Program-made: the position numbers and the translations under genes
Part shown: positions 25,699-38,049 of the stretch, in pieces
Layout: every line of letters starts with the position of its first letter
Numbering within the stretch: position 1 is the stretch's first letter
NCBI GenBank assembly: GCA_028534125.1
Contig: CM052816.1
Location: 80,664,001-80,728,000, forward strand
DNA from: Lama glama
Taxonomy: Eukaryota
Reading direction: 5' to 3'
Length of the DNA: 64,000 nucleotides
The notes under the pieces: model-generated
Told to the model about the DNA's origin: nothing
What the model saw: the letters and a program-made list of their open reading frames with translations, nothing else
Database searches by the model: none

Positions 25699-28637
25699 CT
25701 GTAAGACAATAAATGAAGAAATAAGTAAGCAGTAAACACTTGCTTTTCTTTTTTCAGAAAAGTGAAAGAAATAATAAACACAGACAATAAAAAAATCCAT
25801 AATTATAATTCAATGTGGTACATGGATTGCCAAAAAAATCACTTATCTTGTCCTAAATGAAGGCAGAAGAAGTAATTAAATGCTTTCTTCTTCCAATTTT
25901 CACTTTAAGGAATTAAAGAAAATAAAAAAAATATAAATAACATAATAAACTTCTGGGCTGCCAGCATCCTGAATGAACAACTACAACAACATTCTGCTAT
26001 TATTTGCATAAAGTGATTTTTTTTTCTTTTAAGGTGTTTTCTTTTCTAACGAATTATAAGTAGAGTTATAAACAATACTGAAAACAACAACAACTAGCTG
26101 GCTTTTCCATTTTGTTTCAGTCTTGTTCAAGGGATGGTCTGTGCAGCTGGTCAGCCTACATGTCCACTTACAACTCTTAACTAATGAACTATATATTTAT
26201 TTGATTTAAGGGCTTGCAATCAAGGAAAGCAATTACTGAATTCAAAGAAATCACGATCACCACCTTTCTTGGGAACATTTAATTAGCAAAATAAGAAAAC
26301 AACACTACTGTCCATAGTGGATAAAATGAACCAAAATATTTTATATAAGATATCCACTTGGGTTCCTGAAAGTTTGGCAAAGTAGAAAAGAATAAACAAC
26401 AGTCAAAGATCTGACTGCCTCTACTAGTAGAGACTCCAGTCTTCAAAATATTTCAAAAAGCAGGCAGTGAATCTGTGGTCACAAAATAGTCAAACCACTA
26501 ATATCTATATCATTTACGGTCTTCAGTTGAAAATAACATGAATATTAACAGCTGCATACAAAAGCAAAGATATGGCTTAATTTTACCATGAGTTTCTATC
26601 CTCACATGGATTTAAATTAATCAGTCAGCTATAATAACTTATTCAAACATATGCTTTAAGTTACTCAATTTCGATAATGCTGTCCAAAGTGGTACAAATA
26701 ATATGTATCAACATAACCCAACTAATCTGAAAGGAGCACAAGCTAGTATCTAATCCTAGAAAAAATGGCTTCTGATAACAGAAAATAAAATCAACCATTC
26801 CATATGGACTCATTGCCTGGCCAGCTTGGGTACTATGGTTTCTGGTAATCATGGTTATCTATTCTGTCAACCACAGACACCAATACCCTTAGTATCACAG
26901 TTAAAAAAACAATAGTCACAAAATTTAAAAATGTATATAGATTTTAGCCTGGTCGAATATTACTTCTTAGAATCATAAGCTTATACCTAATGCGAAGTAG
27001 TGCTTTTAGTTTTTTTTCCCCTTATACAAAATTTCCTTCTCATTTCAATCTGGGAGTTCAATCTTATTTTTTCTTGACCTTCAATTTTTCAAATGGAAGA
27101 CGAGCCTTAATTTCTTTGTAATTCCCTCCTACAGCAGTCTTTTCCCTTCTTTAGTCATTCAGGTGCTCTTTGGGAGCTTTTCATTACACTGTCACAGGGG
27201 TCCACAATCCTAGACGGTGAAGCATCAAAAAAATTAACTGTTAAGTTCAGAGCCCGTCATTCTACAACCATGCTCTGAATCCCTCAGGCAAAAGCAGCTT
27301 ACCTGGTCCTACCTACTCAAGCCATCAGCACAGGCCACATCACCCACATGACCCTCTGTAACTTACTGCAGTTTGTCTCCACATCCATTTGACACTTTCC
27401 AATCAGAAGAACTTAGTGTCAAACTTAATTTATTCAACATTCACTGAGCAGATACTCTGTGCTCAGCCCTGGGGACGCAGAGAAGAGTAAGACCTGCTTG
27501 CTGGCCTCAGAAGGGGAACAAGACAAGGACATAAATACTGCGAGCAAGGAGGGGGAGGAAGGGTCTTGGACATCTCACTGCACTCTTTTTCCCCAGACAG
27601 ATCATTTAAAACAATATAATAAATCACATGCCACACGCACAATTCTTTATTCAGAAAAGTCCTCTAATTACACCCTTTATTTCCTACTTCCAGGCTAATT
27701 CTCAAGCTGTAACAGAACAGCACGCACTACTTATACTGAAAGTAAAAAGAGAAATAGGGAACATATGCATTTTTCTATTTACTTGCAAATTTTTAAATTC
27801 ACAATCCTACAATTCTCCTCACAATGACAGTAGGATATACTGGACAAAAACACAAGGGAGATGGCTATGTAGGGCTCTAAGCAACTTTTAATCAACTACA
27901 AACTTACCCTTAAGTAAATGGAAGCACTATAAATGTAGCAATGCAACATTTGTAACAACAGCTCTTTAAAGCCAGTTTATTGTGCCACAGTAGACTTCTG
28001 AAAAGCATATTCTTTTGTTCTGTATTCTGGTAGTTTTCCAAAGAGTCGCTAATAAAATGGTTGTAATGACAAAAGCAAAAGGGGAAGCATAGTTCACTGT
28101 AGTTTGACTTAAAAACAAGAGTAGGAAGACAAGCTGAAGCACCTCCAGAGCAGAAAGCCCAGGGTCCAGACCAACTCTGGGCTAACTTTCAATTTCGGGC
28201 TGACTTTCGAAATGCCACCTCCTTTTAGCATGAGCCCGGGGAACTGAAAGCATTTATCTATACTTGAGAGGCGTCAGTATTTGTCATGGATTAAAATTAA
28301 ACCTCAGTGGCAGGTCCAGGTGGAAACAGTGTGAAAGGGGTGAAGGGACTGAGCTTTCTTTGGTTTCTGTCATACTCAGTATTAACTGAAACATCAAGTA
28401 TCAGCATCTCCTTGAATAAAATGGTCAGCGAGCATCCAATTTGGCAACTGAGTAATTTCCACAGTCCACTTTCACCAACTTTTCCCCCTCTCAGACCTTT
28501 CTAATTCTTCTCCCTGATTTTTCTATCTAGTGCCATCTTACACCCTGATGTAAACCATTAGAATCTCACACAGGATGAGTCTGAGACAGCTCCCTGCCAC
28601 CTGTCAGTCTTTGACGACAGAGCCCTGAAACACTTAC

Positions 28638-28712
28638 CTCTGCTCGTCCTCCATCCCCAGATGCTTCTTTGTTCTTGCCTCCTTCCTTTTGATTCTCCTC
28701 ACCGGCACCCAC
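28638..28712 (-). CDS. TARS1: TARS1 exon 2 (VGAGEENQKEGGKNKEASGDGGRAE)
   Basis: 75 nt; ttttag| acceptor and GAG|gtaagt donor. Confidence 0.95.
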
Positions 28713-29601
28713 CTAAAAAGGCAAAACAGACGTGATGGTTTTATATCTTAACCTAATCTGACACCCCTCCATGCTGCCCCCAGGAAAGTACTGAGGGTGT
28801 TATTTTAGCACCTTTTTTTTTTTCACAGTGGAAATCTGATTTTGAAAGATAGAAAATTTCACTACTGCACAAGGCAAGTTGACTTCAATAAAGACAAGTC
28901 CTAAAAAAGCAGGAGTTACTTGATAATATTCAAGTCCTCAAATTTCATTCATTTTGCCTATTCTCATATCTCTCATCTCAGGTTTAAATGGACATACACC
29001 AAAAATACAGCCACAAGAAGCAAGCGATTTATTCAGCAATAGTATTTGGGGGGGGGGGACTAACACAATACATCTATCCATTCCACAATTACTATGTGCT
29101 CACGGTATTTTGTTAAACCCTGTGGAAGAAGCAAACCTGAGACCCAATCCCTACCATGTGCAAACAACCTCTCCAGGGAAACTAAGGCATACATGTATGA
29201 GAAACTCCTGGAGGAGAAAAGAATACAGCTGTGGCAACTCCACTCAGGTGGCAAACAAGCTAGGACAACAGTAACTGCTAGGGCTTTAAAGGATAGAGAT
29301 TTCAACAGGCTGGATTTTGAGAAAGGAAATTTTTTCTACGTGTACACAGAAACTTCCTGTCTATGGTCAGAAATGTCAGAGAAAGACGAAGAGTGGGAGA
29401 AGGAGTGAGAAGGTGAGCTATGGAAAATGACTAAACCTTCTAGGAAATAATGTCAGTTAAGATAGACTAGGGTTCAGACAGAAAGCAGCACTAAAAGCTA
29501 CCATAAGGAATGAGGACTTCAATTTGAAATACATGAAGTCATAGAACGTTTCAAGCAGTAAGTCCTGTGCAATAAGGCAACTGATGGCAGAGTTGGTCTT
29601 A

Positions 29602-29815
29602 CTGGTGGTTCTCAACCAGAAACAATTTTGCTCCCCTGCGGACATTTGGCAATGTCTGGGAACCTTTCTGGCTAATCACAACTGGGGGGCGTGATTGACA
29701 TATAGTGGGTAGAGGCCAGGGGTGTTGCTAACCATCCAACAATGCACAGGACAGCTTCCCACAACAAAGAGTTACCCAGTCATCATGTCAAGAGTGTTGA
29801 GGTCGAGAAACTCTG
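29602..29815 (+). mobile_element. MER20
   Basis: GTGGTTCTCAACC...GGACATTTGGCAATGTCTGG...GAGGTCGAGAAACTCTG. Confidence 0.8.
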
Positions 29816-30199
29816 AACCACATTATGGGAAACCTAGAAAAGTATCTTCTCAAAAAAGAATTACTTACTTCCCGGTGACTGCTCAGACAGAAACATTCTA
29901 AAGCAAATTTTACTACAAAAAGTTTTATAATTTACAAAGTTCCTCCACAATCACATCTGATTCTCACAGAAACACTGTGAGATGGCCATTATTCCCATTT
30001 TATAGATAAATTAAAAAAGTTAGATTATTCTTCCAGGTTCACAAAATCTGTAGTGGCAGAAAAAAAAGATACCCACCCAGATATTGACTGTGGTCAACTC
30101 TTAAGAGATGTGATCATCAACAGTGAAGGAGTTTTGAGGGTAGAACTGGGGATGTGAAGGGGTGACTTTAATTCTGTATGATTTTGATCTTTGAATTTT

Positions 30200-30720
30200 T
30201 AAAAAAGTTTTATTAAGATACATTTCTGGGGGTGGGGCTATGGCTCAGTGGTAGAGTGTGTGCTTAGCATGTGTGAGGTCTTGGGTTCAATATTCAGTAC
30301 CTCCACTAAAAAAAAAAAGGACATATTCCTATAGCATACAATTCACTCACATAAAGAAGACGATTCAATGGTTTTCAGTATATTTATTCACTGTTGCCTA
30401 ACTAGCAACAGAATCAATTTCATCACCCAAAAACGAAATCTTTACCATTAGTATTCACTTTCTGTTTACCCCTTCCCCCAGCACTTGGAAACCACTAATC
30501 TTTCTGTCTACAGCTTTACCTATTCTGGACATTTCATATAAATGGCATCATACAACATGTGGTCTTTTGTGACTGGTTTCTTTCAATTAGTATAATGATT
30601 TCAAGATCAACCACATTACATGTATCAGTATTTCACTCCTTTTTATTGCCAAAAAACATTCCATTATTCATTTATCCATTTATTTACTTGTGGACATTTT
30701 GGTTGTTCTTTTCAATGATA
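30200..30720 (-). mobile_element. L1MB-like 3' fragment, interrupted by a SINE
   Basis: ctggacatttcatataaatggcatcatacaacatgtggtcttttgtgactgg typical L1M 3'UTR. Confidence 0.75.
30228..30318 (+). mobile_element. Camelid tRNA-derived SINE (Vic-1-like) in intron 1, nested in an L1 3' fragment
   Basis: GGCTCAGTGGTAGAG...GGGTTCAAT...CAGTACCTCC plus polyA; homologous to the 20291 copy. Confidence 0.85.
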
Positions 30721-31779
30721 TAAAACTTACATCTTGTATAATTTAAAAATTTAATTAAAATTTAAAAATATGACTCCTAATTTCATACTGAGCTAACACT
30801 TCCCCCACTCTGGGATTTAGGACTTAATAAACTTTAAAGGTTCATTTATAGTCAATAAATGAACAGTGAACATACATTAAATCCATTCTAATCAGGTAAA
30901 GTACTGACAGGGTTATAAGATTACCTGGTTGCCTTCACTATACTACAGGATTAATGTAACTAGTTAAGTATAATCAGGTAAAAAGAGAAGTAAAAATTAA
31001 CTACAGGTCTGTCTGTGTAGATTTAAAATGGAAAGAGAACGAAATGATTCTATTTTTCTGATTAAATGTTTTTGGTTTTAGCCACATGGATATTTACTAC
31101 ATAAATAGGAATAACGGAAAAGGAGAGAATTAACACCAAAGTTTTTTTGTGTTCTAAATCCCTCTCCATTTTACAGATGAGAATAGAGGCTCAAAGACAA
31201 TAATTTCCCCTCTGTACACAGCTAGTAAACAGAAGAGCCAGGACATTAAAATGGGTCTCTCTGGAACCCTGAGGCCTATTTCCCCTTTACTTCAACAACT
31301 GGGAAGATGATGGGCAACCGTTCTTTACTTTCTAATGTAAGCATAGCAAAAATGCACGAGTTATGTAAAAGCTATCTAAAATTTCAACCCCAAAGCTGGT
31401 ACACAGAAGAGGATTGTGAAGATGTTCCTAAGCAATGGATGACACTAAAAGGAACAGGTGAAATGCTGAGCATTTGTGAATGCCGTAAGGCGGGCCGCCA
31501 GCACTAGGCAGGGAATTGTGTAACTTCCCTAGAGTTTTGTCCGCTGGGGTCATCCGGCCTCCACCACATAAACTCCCCAAATTTGGGTAAGCTGTACCAG
31601 ATCATGGTGATTCGGTTTTCCCTTCCTTAAAGTGGGGCTATTTACCCCTACGTGGTTTTAAAATAAAATGCGTCTCTGCAACATTCTTCCCTACTAAGGT
31701 GAGTCTGGAGCCCTAGATTCTAAGTCTTGGCTTCTAATTACAGGTGTGGGTCTAAACCAAGACACTCAAGGTCTCAGTT

Positions 31780-32830
31780 TCCTCATCTGCAAAAAGACGG
31801 CGGCCCCAGAGATGATCCGGAAGGCCCTGCCGTAATTTATGAATTTGAGACTCTTCTCCAAAAGGGGCCCTGACCTGTCCAGGAGCTCCAATCTTCCTCC
31901 TCAGGACCCTCCGCGCCCGACCCGGTTGGGGCCCTCCCTCGTTTGGGCAAGGTAGGTACCAGGAGAGCCCCAGCCCAGCCTCCAGGTTCCACTCAGCGTA
32001 CTCACCGGCTTCTCCTCGTCTCCCATCTTCCCTGAAGGGCTACTGGCCTTCTCCTCCGACACTGACAAACCACCAAAAGAAAACTGAATCCCAAAACGAC
32101 GGTCTGGAGGAAAGCAGGGCAGACGCCAGGTAGAGGAGAGCAGCGACTGCCGGGAAACTGTCCGACTGCAGGGAACGGGGCGCTTCCGCCAAGTGGTCCA
32201 GAAGAGACCGGCTGATGCAATAAGAAAGCGCCCAAACCCCGCCTCCTAACCTGCCGGAAGAACGGGCAGCCAATCGACAACGGGGAATGGCGGGCCCTCC
32301 TTTCTCTAAACCGAAAGCTTGTTAGGACGACGGCAGTTACAGGAAATCAGGGTGCTGCGGCGCAGGAGAGGAACCAGCCCGCAGGCCTCTCCCAGAACCG
32401 AGCAGTCCGCTATGCGCGCGCTCCTTCTTGCGTCTGAAGAGGCCTATTCCAGGGCCTTTTCGGCCACCGTAGCGAATGAGAGGGGCTGAGTCTGGGCTTC
32501 CGGAAAGTCTCCGGCAACCCGATTATCTTCTTTGGCAATGGGACAAGCACAGCGACAGAAGCCAGGATTTCCTGCTTCCTTGGCGCCTCTTCACCTGGCG
32601 TGACTGCTGAGTTCTGGGGACTTCCCAGGGCCCCCAAGCCTGTGGCGGCGAGTGGAGCGAGCCCTCCTCTTTGCAGTCCTGGGCTCCCACGACCCAAGCC
32701 CTAGTGATCCAGGGAGGAGCGCCTTTCCTCCGACATTCCTTAGTGCACGCAATCGCCAAACTATGTTGCATCAGGGAGCATATCCCCAGAGGCCAGGCAC
32801 GCCGACTCCACGGATTCTCACGCAGAGGTC
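31780..32830. promoter_or_regulatory. CpG-island TATA-less promoter of TARS1: CARE TGATGCAAT 32213-32221, GC box ~32237-32246, ETS CCGGAAG 32254-32260, CCAAT 32270-32274, second CARE GTTGCATCA 32765-32773
   Basis: Only long CpG-dense stretch in the window; spans exon 1; motifs read directly. Confidence 0.9.
32006..32026 (-). CDS. TARS1: TARS1 coding exon 1 (MGDEEKP); in-frame GTG at 32062 would add VSEEKASSPSGK
   Basis: ATG in strong context (AAGATGG); donor CCG|GTGAGT; upstream in-frame codons match the mammalian N-terminus MxEEKASSPSGK but begin with GTG. Confidence 0.9.
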
Positions 32831-32939
32831 TCAGTGTTTGGAATCGAATGGGCCTATTTTCATTTATTTTACCAGCCATTTGAAAACAATTCCTGATTTG
32901 AAGTCAGAGGTGCAATGAACTCTTTTATAGTTTACTCCA

Positions 32940-33316
32940 TCAGCAGGTTGTATCGATTTTACTTTCTAAACATCAGCCCTCGAGAACTTGCCACCTTCAG
33001 GGCCATCCTTCCATGAAGATCAGTAACCAATAGCCTCCTAGCCCGACTTTCTACGTTCACTTCTCAGATGGCGCTAGAATAGTCTTTTAAAATACAAGTA
33101 TGATTATGGTAACCTCCTGCTTAAAACTCTTCTTTTAAGTGGCTGTCAATTTAGAAAGTCATGGCTTTGAAAGCCCCCAACTGCCCAACTTTCTCACTTC
33201 CCCACCACACGCTGAACTGCAACCTTAATCTTATTATTTCTCAGGTCTTTTCCCACAGACTTTTTTGTACCTGCCAAGATTATTCTCACTATCCTCACCT
33301 TTACGTGCCTCACATA

Positions 33317-33350
<34 letters not shown>

Positions 33351-33630
33351 CTATTTAGCGCCTCCTTATTTGTTAGATGTCAAGAATCGTTTTCTTAGGG
33401 GAACCATTTCTTGATCACCCTTACTGACTGGTGCAGGTCTCCCTTATTACATCTGGTAGCTTCGGATAGCTCTCTTTGTAGCACCTATCAGTTCAATTTT
33501 ACGATTAAAAAATTATTGTCTCCTAGATTGAAAAGTTCATGAAAGCACAACTTGTTTATTTTTGCCAGCATCTAGCAGATATAAGCCTGGCACACAGTTG
33601 ATGTTCAGTACATGTTGAGGGAATTAATGA
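32940..33630 (+). mobile_element. L2 remnant
   Basis: Degenerate L2 3' motifs (cctagattgaaaagttcatgaaagca...cctggcacacag...gaattaatga). Confidence 0.6.
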
Positions 33631-36453
33631 GTGTTGAGACAATCCTTGCTTGAAAAACTGCCTCTTAATTTGTACTGCAAAAAAAGAGAAGCCCAAATCC
33701 CTATACTAATTAGGTGTACAAGAAGGCTTATAATAAGAGTAGATTATTGGTAGTACTTAGTGGATGCTCCCTTTAAGAAGTTCCAGGAGTTAATACACAA
33801 TTTTAGGGGCTTAGGTAAACCAATCTGACTTCCCATATTTAAATTAGAATGAGAATCAACAGGATCCAGTCTTACATTCCAATGTAAAAACAATTTAATT
33901 ATGCTCATTAGATATGTTTGAATTGGATCTTAATTTTAAATGAGAATAAGAAGGACCAGAAAGATCAAGATTACTGAATTTGCTGGAGGCAGAACAGTTG
34001 TAGGCTACAAATTACAGATTGTTCTTACTGCTGTGAAACTTGGTCTTCAGCAGCTTCTCTCTACACCTTGTTCTCATTCAGTTTTGGAACCAGTCCTGAT
34101 CTAAGAATGGCAAAAACAAAAAGCAGAAGGCTTTTCTGAAGATTTGAATGTGGTGCAGGAATGGAGAAGCAGCTGTAAACATCAGTTGCTGGTGTAGGAA
34201 GCTCAGGGAGGTATCCCAATGGCACAGAGCCTCCTGGTGTTAGGAAGGGGATCTTTCATTATTTGCATATTTAGGCCTAAGCAGAGATGATGGAAGCTTC
34301 CAGAAGATCTCAAATCCAGAGCACAACATGCTGTTATGCAACTTTATTTTTTAACCAACAAAAAATATTGACTGGCATCCAGTGTTATAACTTATGCCTA
34401 CTACCCTAATACTTTTTAGGACAGTGGTTCCCAACAGCTCTGCTTTGAGAAGTGGACCAAAATTATTTAAGAACTACGCTACAAAAAATGCTACAAATAA
34501 TAGAAGATTGCACATAATCAATTTTTTAAAAATATGAATTAGAGAAGATTCAAGGTTATCTATAATCTCTTACTCACTCATGCAAGAACATTAAAAAAAA
34601 ATGGAAGTACAAAGGGTAAGGAAGTACCAAGGGTGTATAACTATGGAAGATATACCTGGAAAGTTCTGCTTTGGTGTTAGTACATCTTAGAAAAGTGACT
34701 GGAACATAGCCAGGTAAGAATGAATCTGATTACAGTAAGAATGAGGAGGGATGGTCCTTTGGTTGCAAGAAAGAGAATCATTTGGTGATTTTGACAAATA
34801 GGAAATTTATACTAAAACTACATGAAGTAGAAAGGGAGGTAGAAATCTCATTTTTGTAGTCAGGTCATGTGGCTTGCAGGAAAATTGACAATTGGGCCTC
34901 ATGGGAGACTGCAAAGACTGCAGCTTGATGGCTGATTGGAATCCAAGATACTCTGTAGTAACAGGAAATTGTGAATTTGAACTCTAGTAGTCCACCAGTA
35001 ACTTGATTCAGTTAGTCTTGTCTTTTGCTCCTCCTGTTACCAGCTGGCTAATTTAGTCCATCTGTCCTGGTTTACATTACCAAGGGGGAAAAATCAGAGT
35101 AGTTGTCTAATTACCAAGCCACATCATCGTAAGTCACAGCTCAGCTTATGGACTGGTCGTTCCTTAGGTCGAGTGCCTCCCCTGGTCTTATCAGTACTGG
35201 CTGAGGGCTGATCATAGCCATCATGCTGCGGGGATCAGCTGCTTTCCTCATGGACTTGTGGGCACCTTTAGAAGGAGATGCTGAACATGACAGATGCTAT
35301 GAGTGTTATCTCCAAGGCAAAACGTGTTTGTGACTCATTTGGCAGTATTTTCAGTTACTATAAAGAAATTTGGGTGCTATTTCACTTAAAAAGGGCTAAT
35401 GGAATTTTTGGCAGGGAGGGGATGCATGGGTGCTTAACTTCTAACAACATCTAGCAAAACTAGTTGTTGCATGGAATGCCCTTTGGAAAATGTGACACCT
35501 TGTAAGGTGTTTGTTATTATGATAAAATTACCTACCAGTCACATTGGAGTGACATAATGCTTTCATAAATAAATCTTGACTTGTATTTAGTCTGAAAACT
35601 TCAGAAACATATGGTCTCTACTGATACGAATTTCCCCCCTCTGATTTCTTTACAATTAATCCTACAGATTGTTTTATTTCTGAAAAAGATATTTAAACTT
35701 GTGGGTGCTGTTGAAAACGATACCAATCATCATTCAGATTCATGCTATACAAAAATAGATCACTGTACACCACAGCACAGAAGAAAATGTTGATGCAGAT
35801 TGAGAAAACGATGTTTACTCAGGGCACAGACATAATAACTGTGTCAGCCTGAAACCCACTCTCTAACTCTTTGAATATTTTACACCAGTGTTTCTGGTTT
35901 ACTTTTCAACATTGTCCAAATGTTGGGCGTTTTGAATGACAGTGTCAACCTTTAGTAGGTGGTTCCAAAATAGAAGGTCTATCCACACCTTGAAGAGGGT
36001 GCTCTCTGTGATATTTGAATCTTGGTTTCTTGTGGGTTAGTTATTTCAGTTTGTTTAGCGACTTTGCTTCCCATCCCATTAGATTTTATTCAGTGGATCT
36101 TGACTTATTTTTTTGACCTAATATCGTCTAACACGTCCTTCATTTTCTATTGCCTTTTTGAAGAACATCTTATTTCACTACTACCTTTTGAGGTTACTCC
36201 ATTTTATATCTATCTTTTCCTTAAAGATGTACCTTTTTCTTTCTTGCCTCTATCATAATTTTTTTCTTAAAGGAACCACTTTCTTCCTGCAACTTAACCA
36301 GACTGTCTTCTTTTACTTTCAGTGTAACACTGCTGATTTCTAACATTAGAAATGAGCGTGTTTTTCAAGCTACTCTACTTACTCTTGGATCTCCTAAGAA
36401 TACCTGCTCCCCAGAGACTGAGACTTCAGACAAAGGTCTTTTAAAAAATTTAA

Positions 36454-36620
36454 GGGGGAGGGTATAGCTCAAGTGATAGAGTGCATGCATAGCATGCTTA
36501 GCCTACACAGGGTTCTGGGTTCAATTCCCAGTACCTCCTCCAAAAGTAAATAAGCCTAACTATCCCCACCCCCCTGCCAAAACAAAATAATTACATAACA
36601 CAATAATTAATAAACAAAAT
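36454..36620 (+). mobile_element. Camelid tRNA-derived SINE (Vic-1-like, longer tail)
   Basis: GGGGGAGGGTATAGCTCAAGTG...GGGTTCAATTCCCAGTACCTCC; flanked by TTTTAAAAA(A/T)TTTAA duplication. Confidence 0.85.
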
Positions 36621-37259
36621 ATTTTAAAAATTTTAATTACCTTCTTTACTTTTGGGTTTGCAATATTTTAATTGAATTGTTTCTCCATTTCAGTCCCCCA
36701 AAAGAACATATTCTCTTTATAATAAAGGCCCATATCCTTGTCTTGTAAACACGTATCAATTTTTTGATTTTTTTAAACTCTCAAGAGCCTACTTAAGATC
36801 ACATGACTGGTGAAACCTCTGGAATCTCTGGCCAAACCATAAAAGTCAAAAAGGTTACTCCCTCCAGACTCCCTCCAGACTTACTCCTTAAATACAGTTC
36901 AAAAATCGTACAAAGAGGAGTGGAAGGTGGGACAGCTGGTCTTGCTCTGGGTACCTAGACCTTGTCCTGAACTAGGACTAGTACTAGTACTACAGTACAG
37001 CAGTGCTTGGCAGCACATGTGTATCTTAGTACTTTAATATCCTGCCCATTGGCTGAAAAAGACTGTAAAAGAGCCAATGTTATTCCTTTTGACAATACTT
37101 AACAGAATACCCCAGCCTAAAGTTTAGCACAAGGAAAAGCTGAAGCAGCCTCTCTCAGGCCCACAGCACCTGCTTACAAGGACAGGTTCCTGGCCTGCTC
37201 CAGTTAAATACCAACTGCAACTACTGTAAAAATCAGCTAGTCACAATATAAACAGCTAC

Positions 37260-37972
37260 AAAACTGTTCAGAAAGTTTGCAAGTCAATCATTAAACATAG
37301 CTGTGGTTAAAAATTGAACTATATTAAATGCAATATGGTATCCTGAATTGAATCCTGGCACAAAAAAAGAATATTAATGGAAAAAATGATGGAATTAAAT
37401 TATAGTCTATCATTTAGTTTATAGTATGGCACTGATGTTAATTTCTTACCTTTTGTAAATGTACCCTGGTCACGTAAGATGATAACATTAGAGGAAATGG
37501 TGAGGAGTGTATGGGAACCTGATACCATCTTTACCATTCTTCTGTAAATCTGAAGTAGTTTTGAAATAAGAAGCTTATAAATTTTTGTTCTGAGATAGTT
37601 GTATGTTTTTGCTACATGTATGATATATAAACTACATATAATTATATATTTATAAACTAATACTTATATAAATATATAAATTTACAATTAAATAAATTAT
37701 ATTTTTTAAAGATAATAAGTATCAAAACTTACCACTTCCTAATTATTTTACTATATTTAACTATTTATGCTTTTCAGGTCATTTATATCTATTTTATCAA
37801 TATGGTAAATGACTACGTACTGCAGATCTCTTTCTCATTCAGAGTTCAGACATTGGTAGATTAAAATTGGCTGTGGTTGGATTATTTACACCTAGAAACT
37901 GGCAGATCCTACAAATCAGGGCTTATTTTCTCTCCAGAGAGCTGGTTGTTAAACATTACCAGTATACCACTG
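37260..37972 (-). mobile_element. MER63-like hAT element interrupted by an L1MC/MD-like 3' end (~37325-37575, + strand)
   Basis: Terminus gagagctggttgttaaacattaccagtataccactg; L1 3'UTR motif inside. Confidence 0.6.
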
Positions 37973-38049
37973 GGTATATACCATACATCTGTGACAATAC
38001 ATATGGGACTCTTAATTCTAGATGTAGATTTCATGGGTTCAGAGGGAAA

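Larger units (their letters stand above)
11775..32200 (-). other. TARS1: TARS1 gene locus (threonine--tRNA ligase 1, cytoplasmic), 19 coding exons; UTR ends approximate
   Basis: Spliced translation is colinear with mammalian ThrRS: TGS domain, editing motifs HSSAH and DLCRGPH, class II core [18 protein letters not shown] and HRAILGS, and C-terminus QAEEEF*. All introns are GT-AG and phases are consistent; exons sum to 2130 nt from the ATG at 32026. Confidence 0.98.

Noticed and set aside
32002..32918. Several 70-118-aa ORFs across the promoter
   Set aside because: Expected in stop-poor CpG islands; several have non-ATG starts; no recognisable protein
20291..36545. tRNA-like sequences at 20291, 30228 and 36454
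   Set aside because: PolyA tails, TSDs and broken cloverleaf show SINEs, not tRNA genes
37047..37079. Inverted CCAAT pair forming an 8-bp stem, plus nearby TAGTACTAGTACTA palindrome
   Set aside because: Short and plausible by chance; no promoter context
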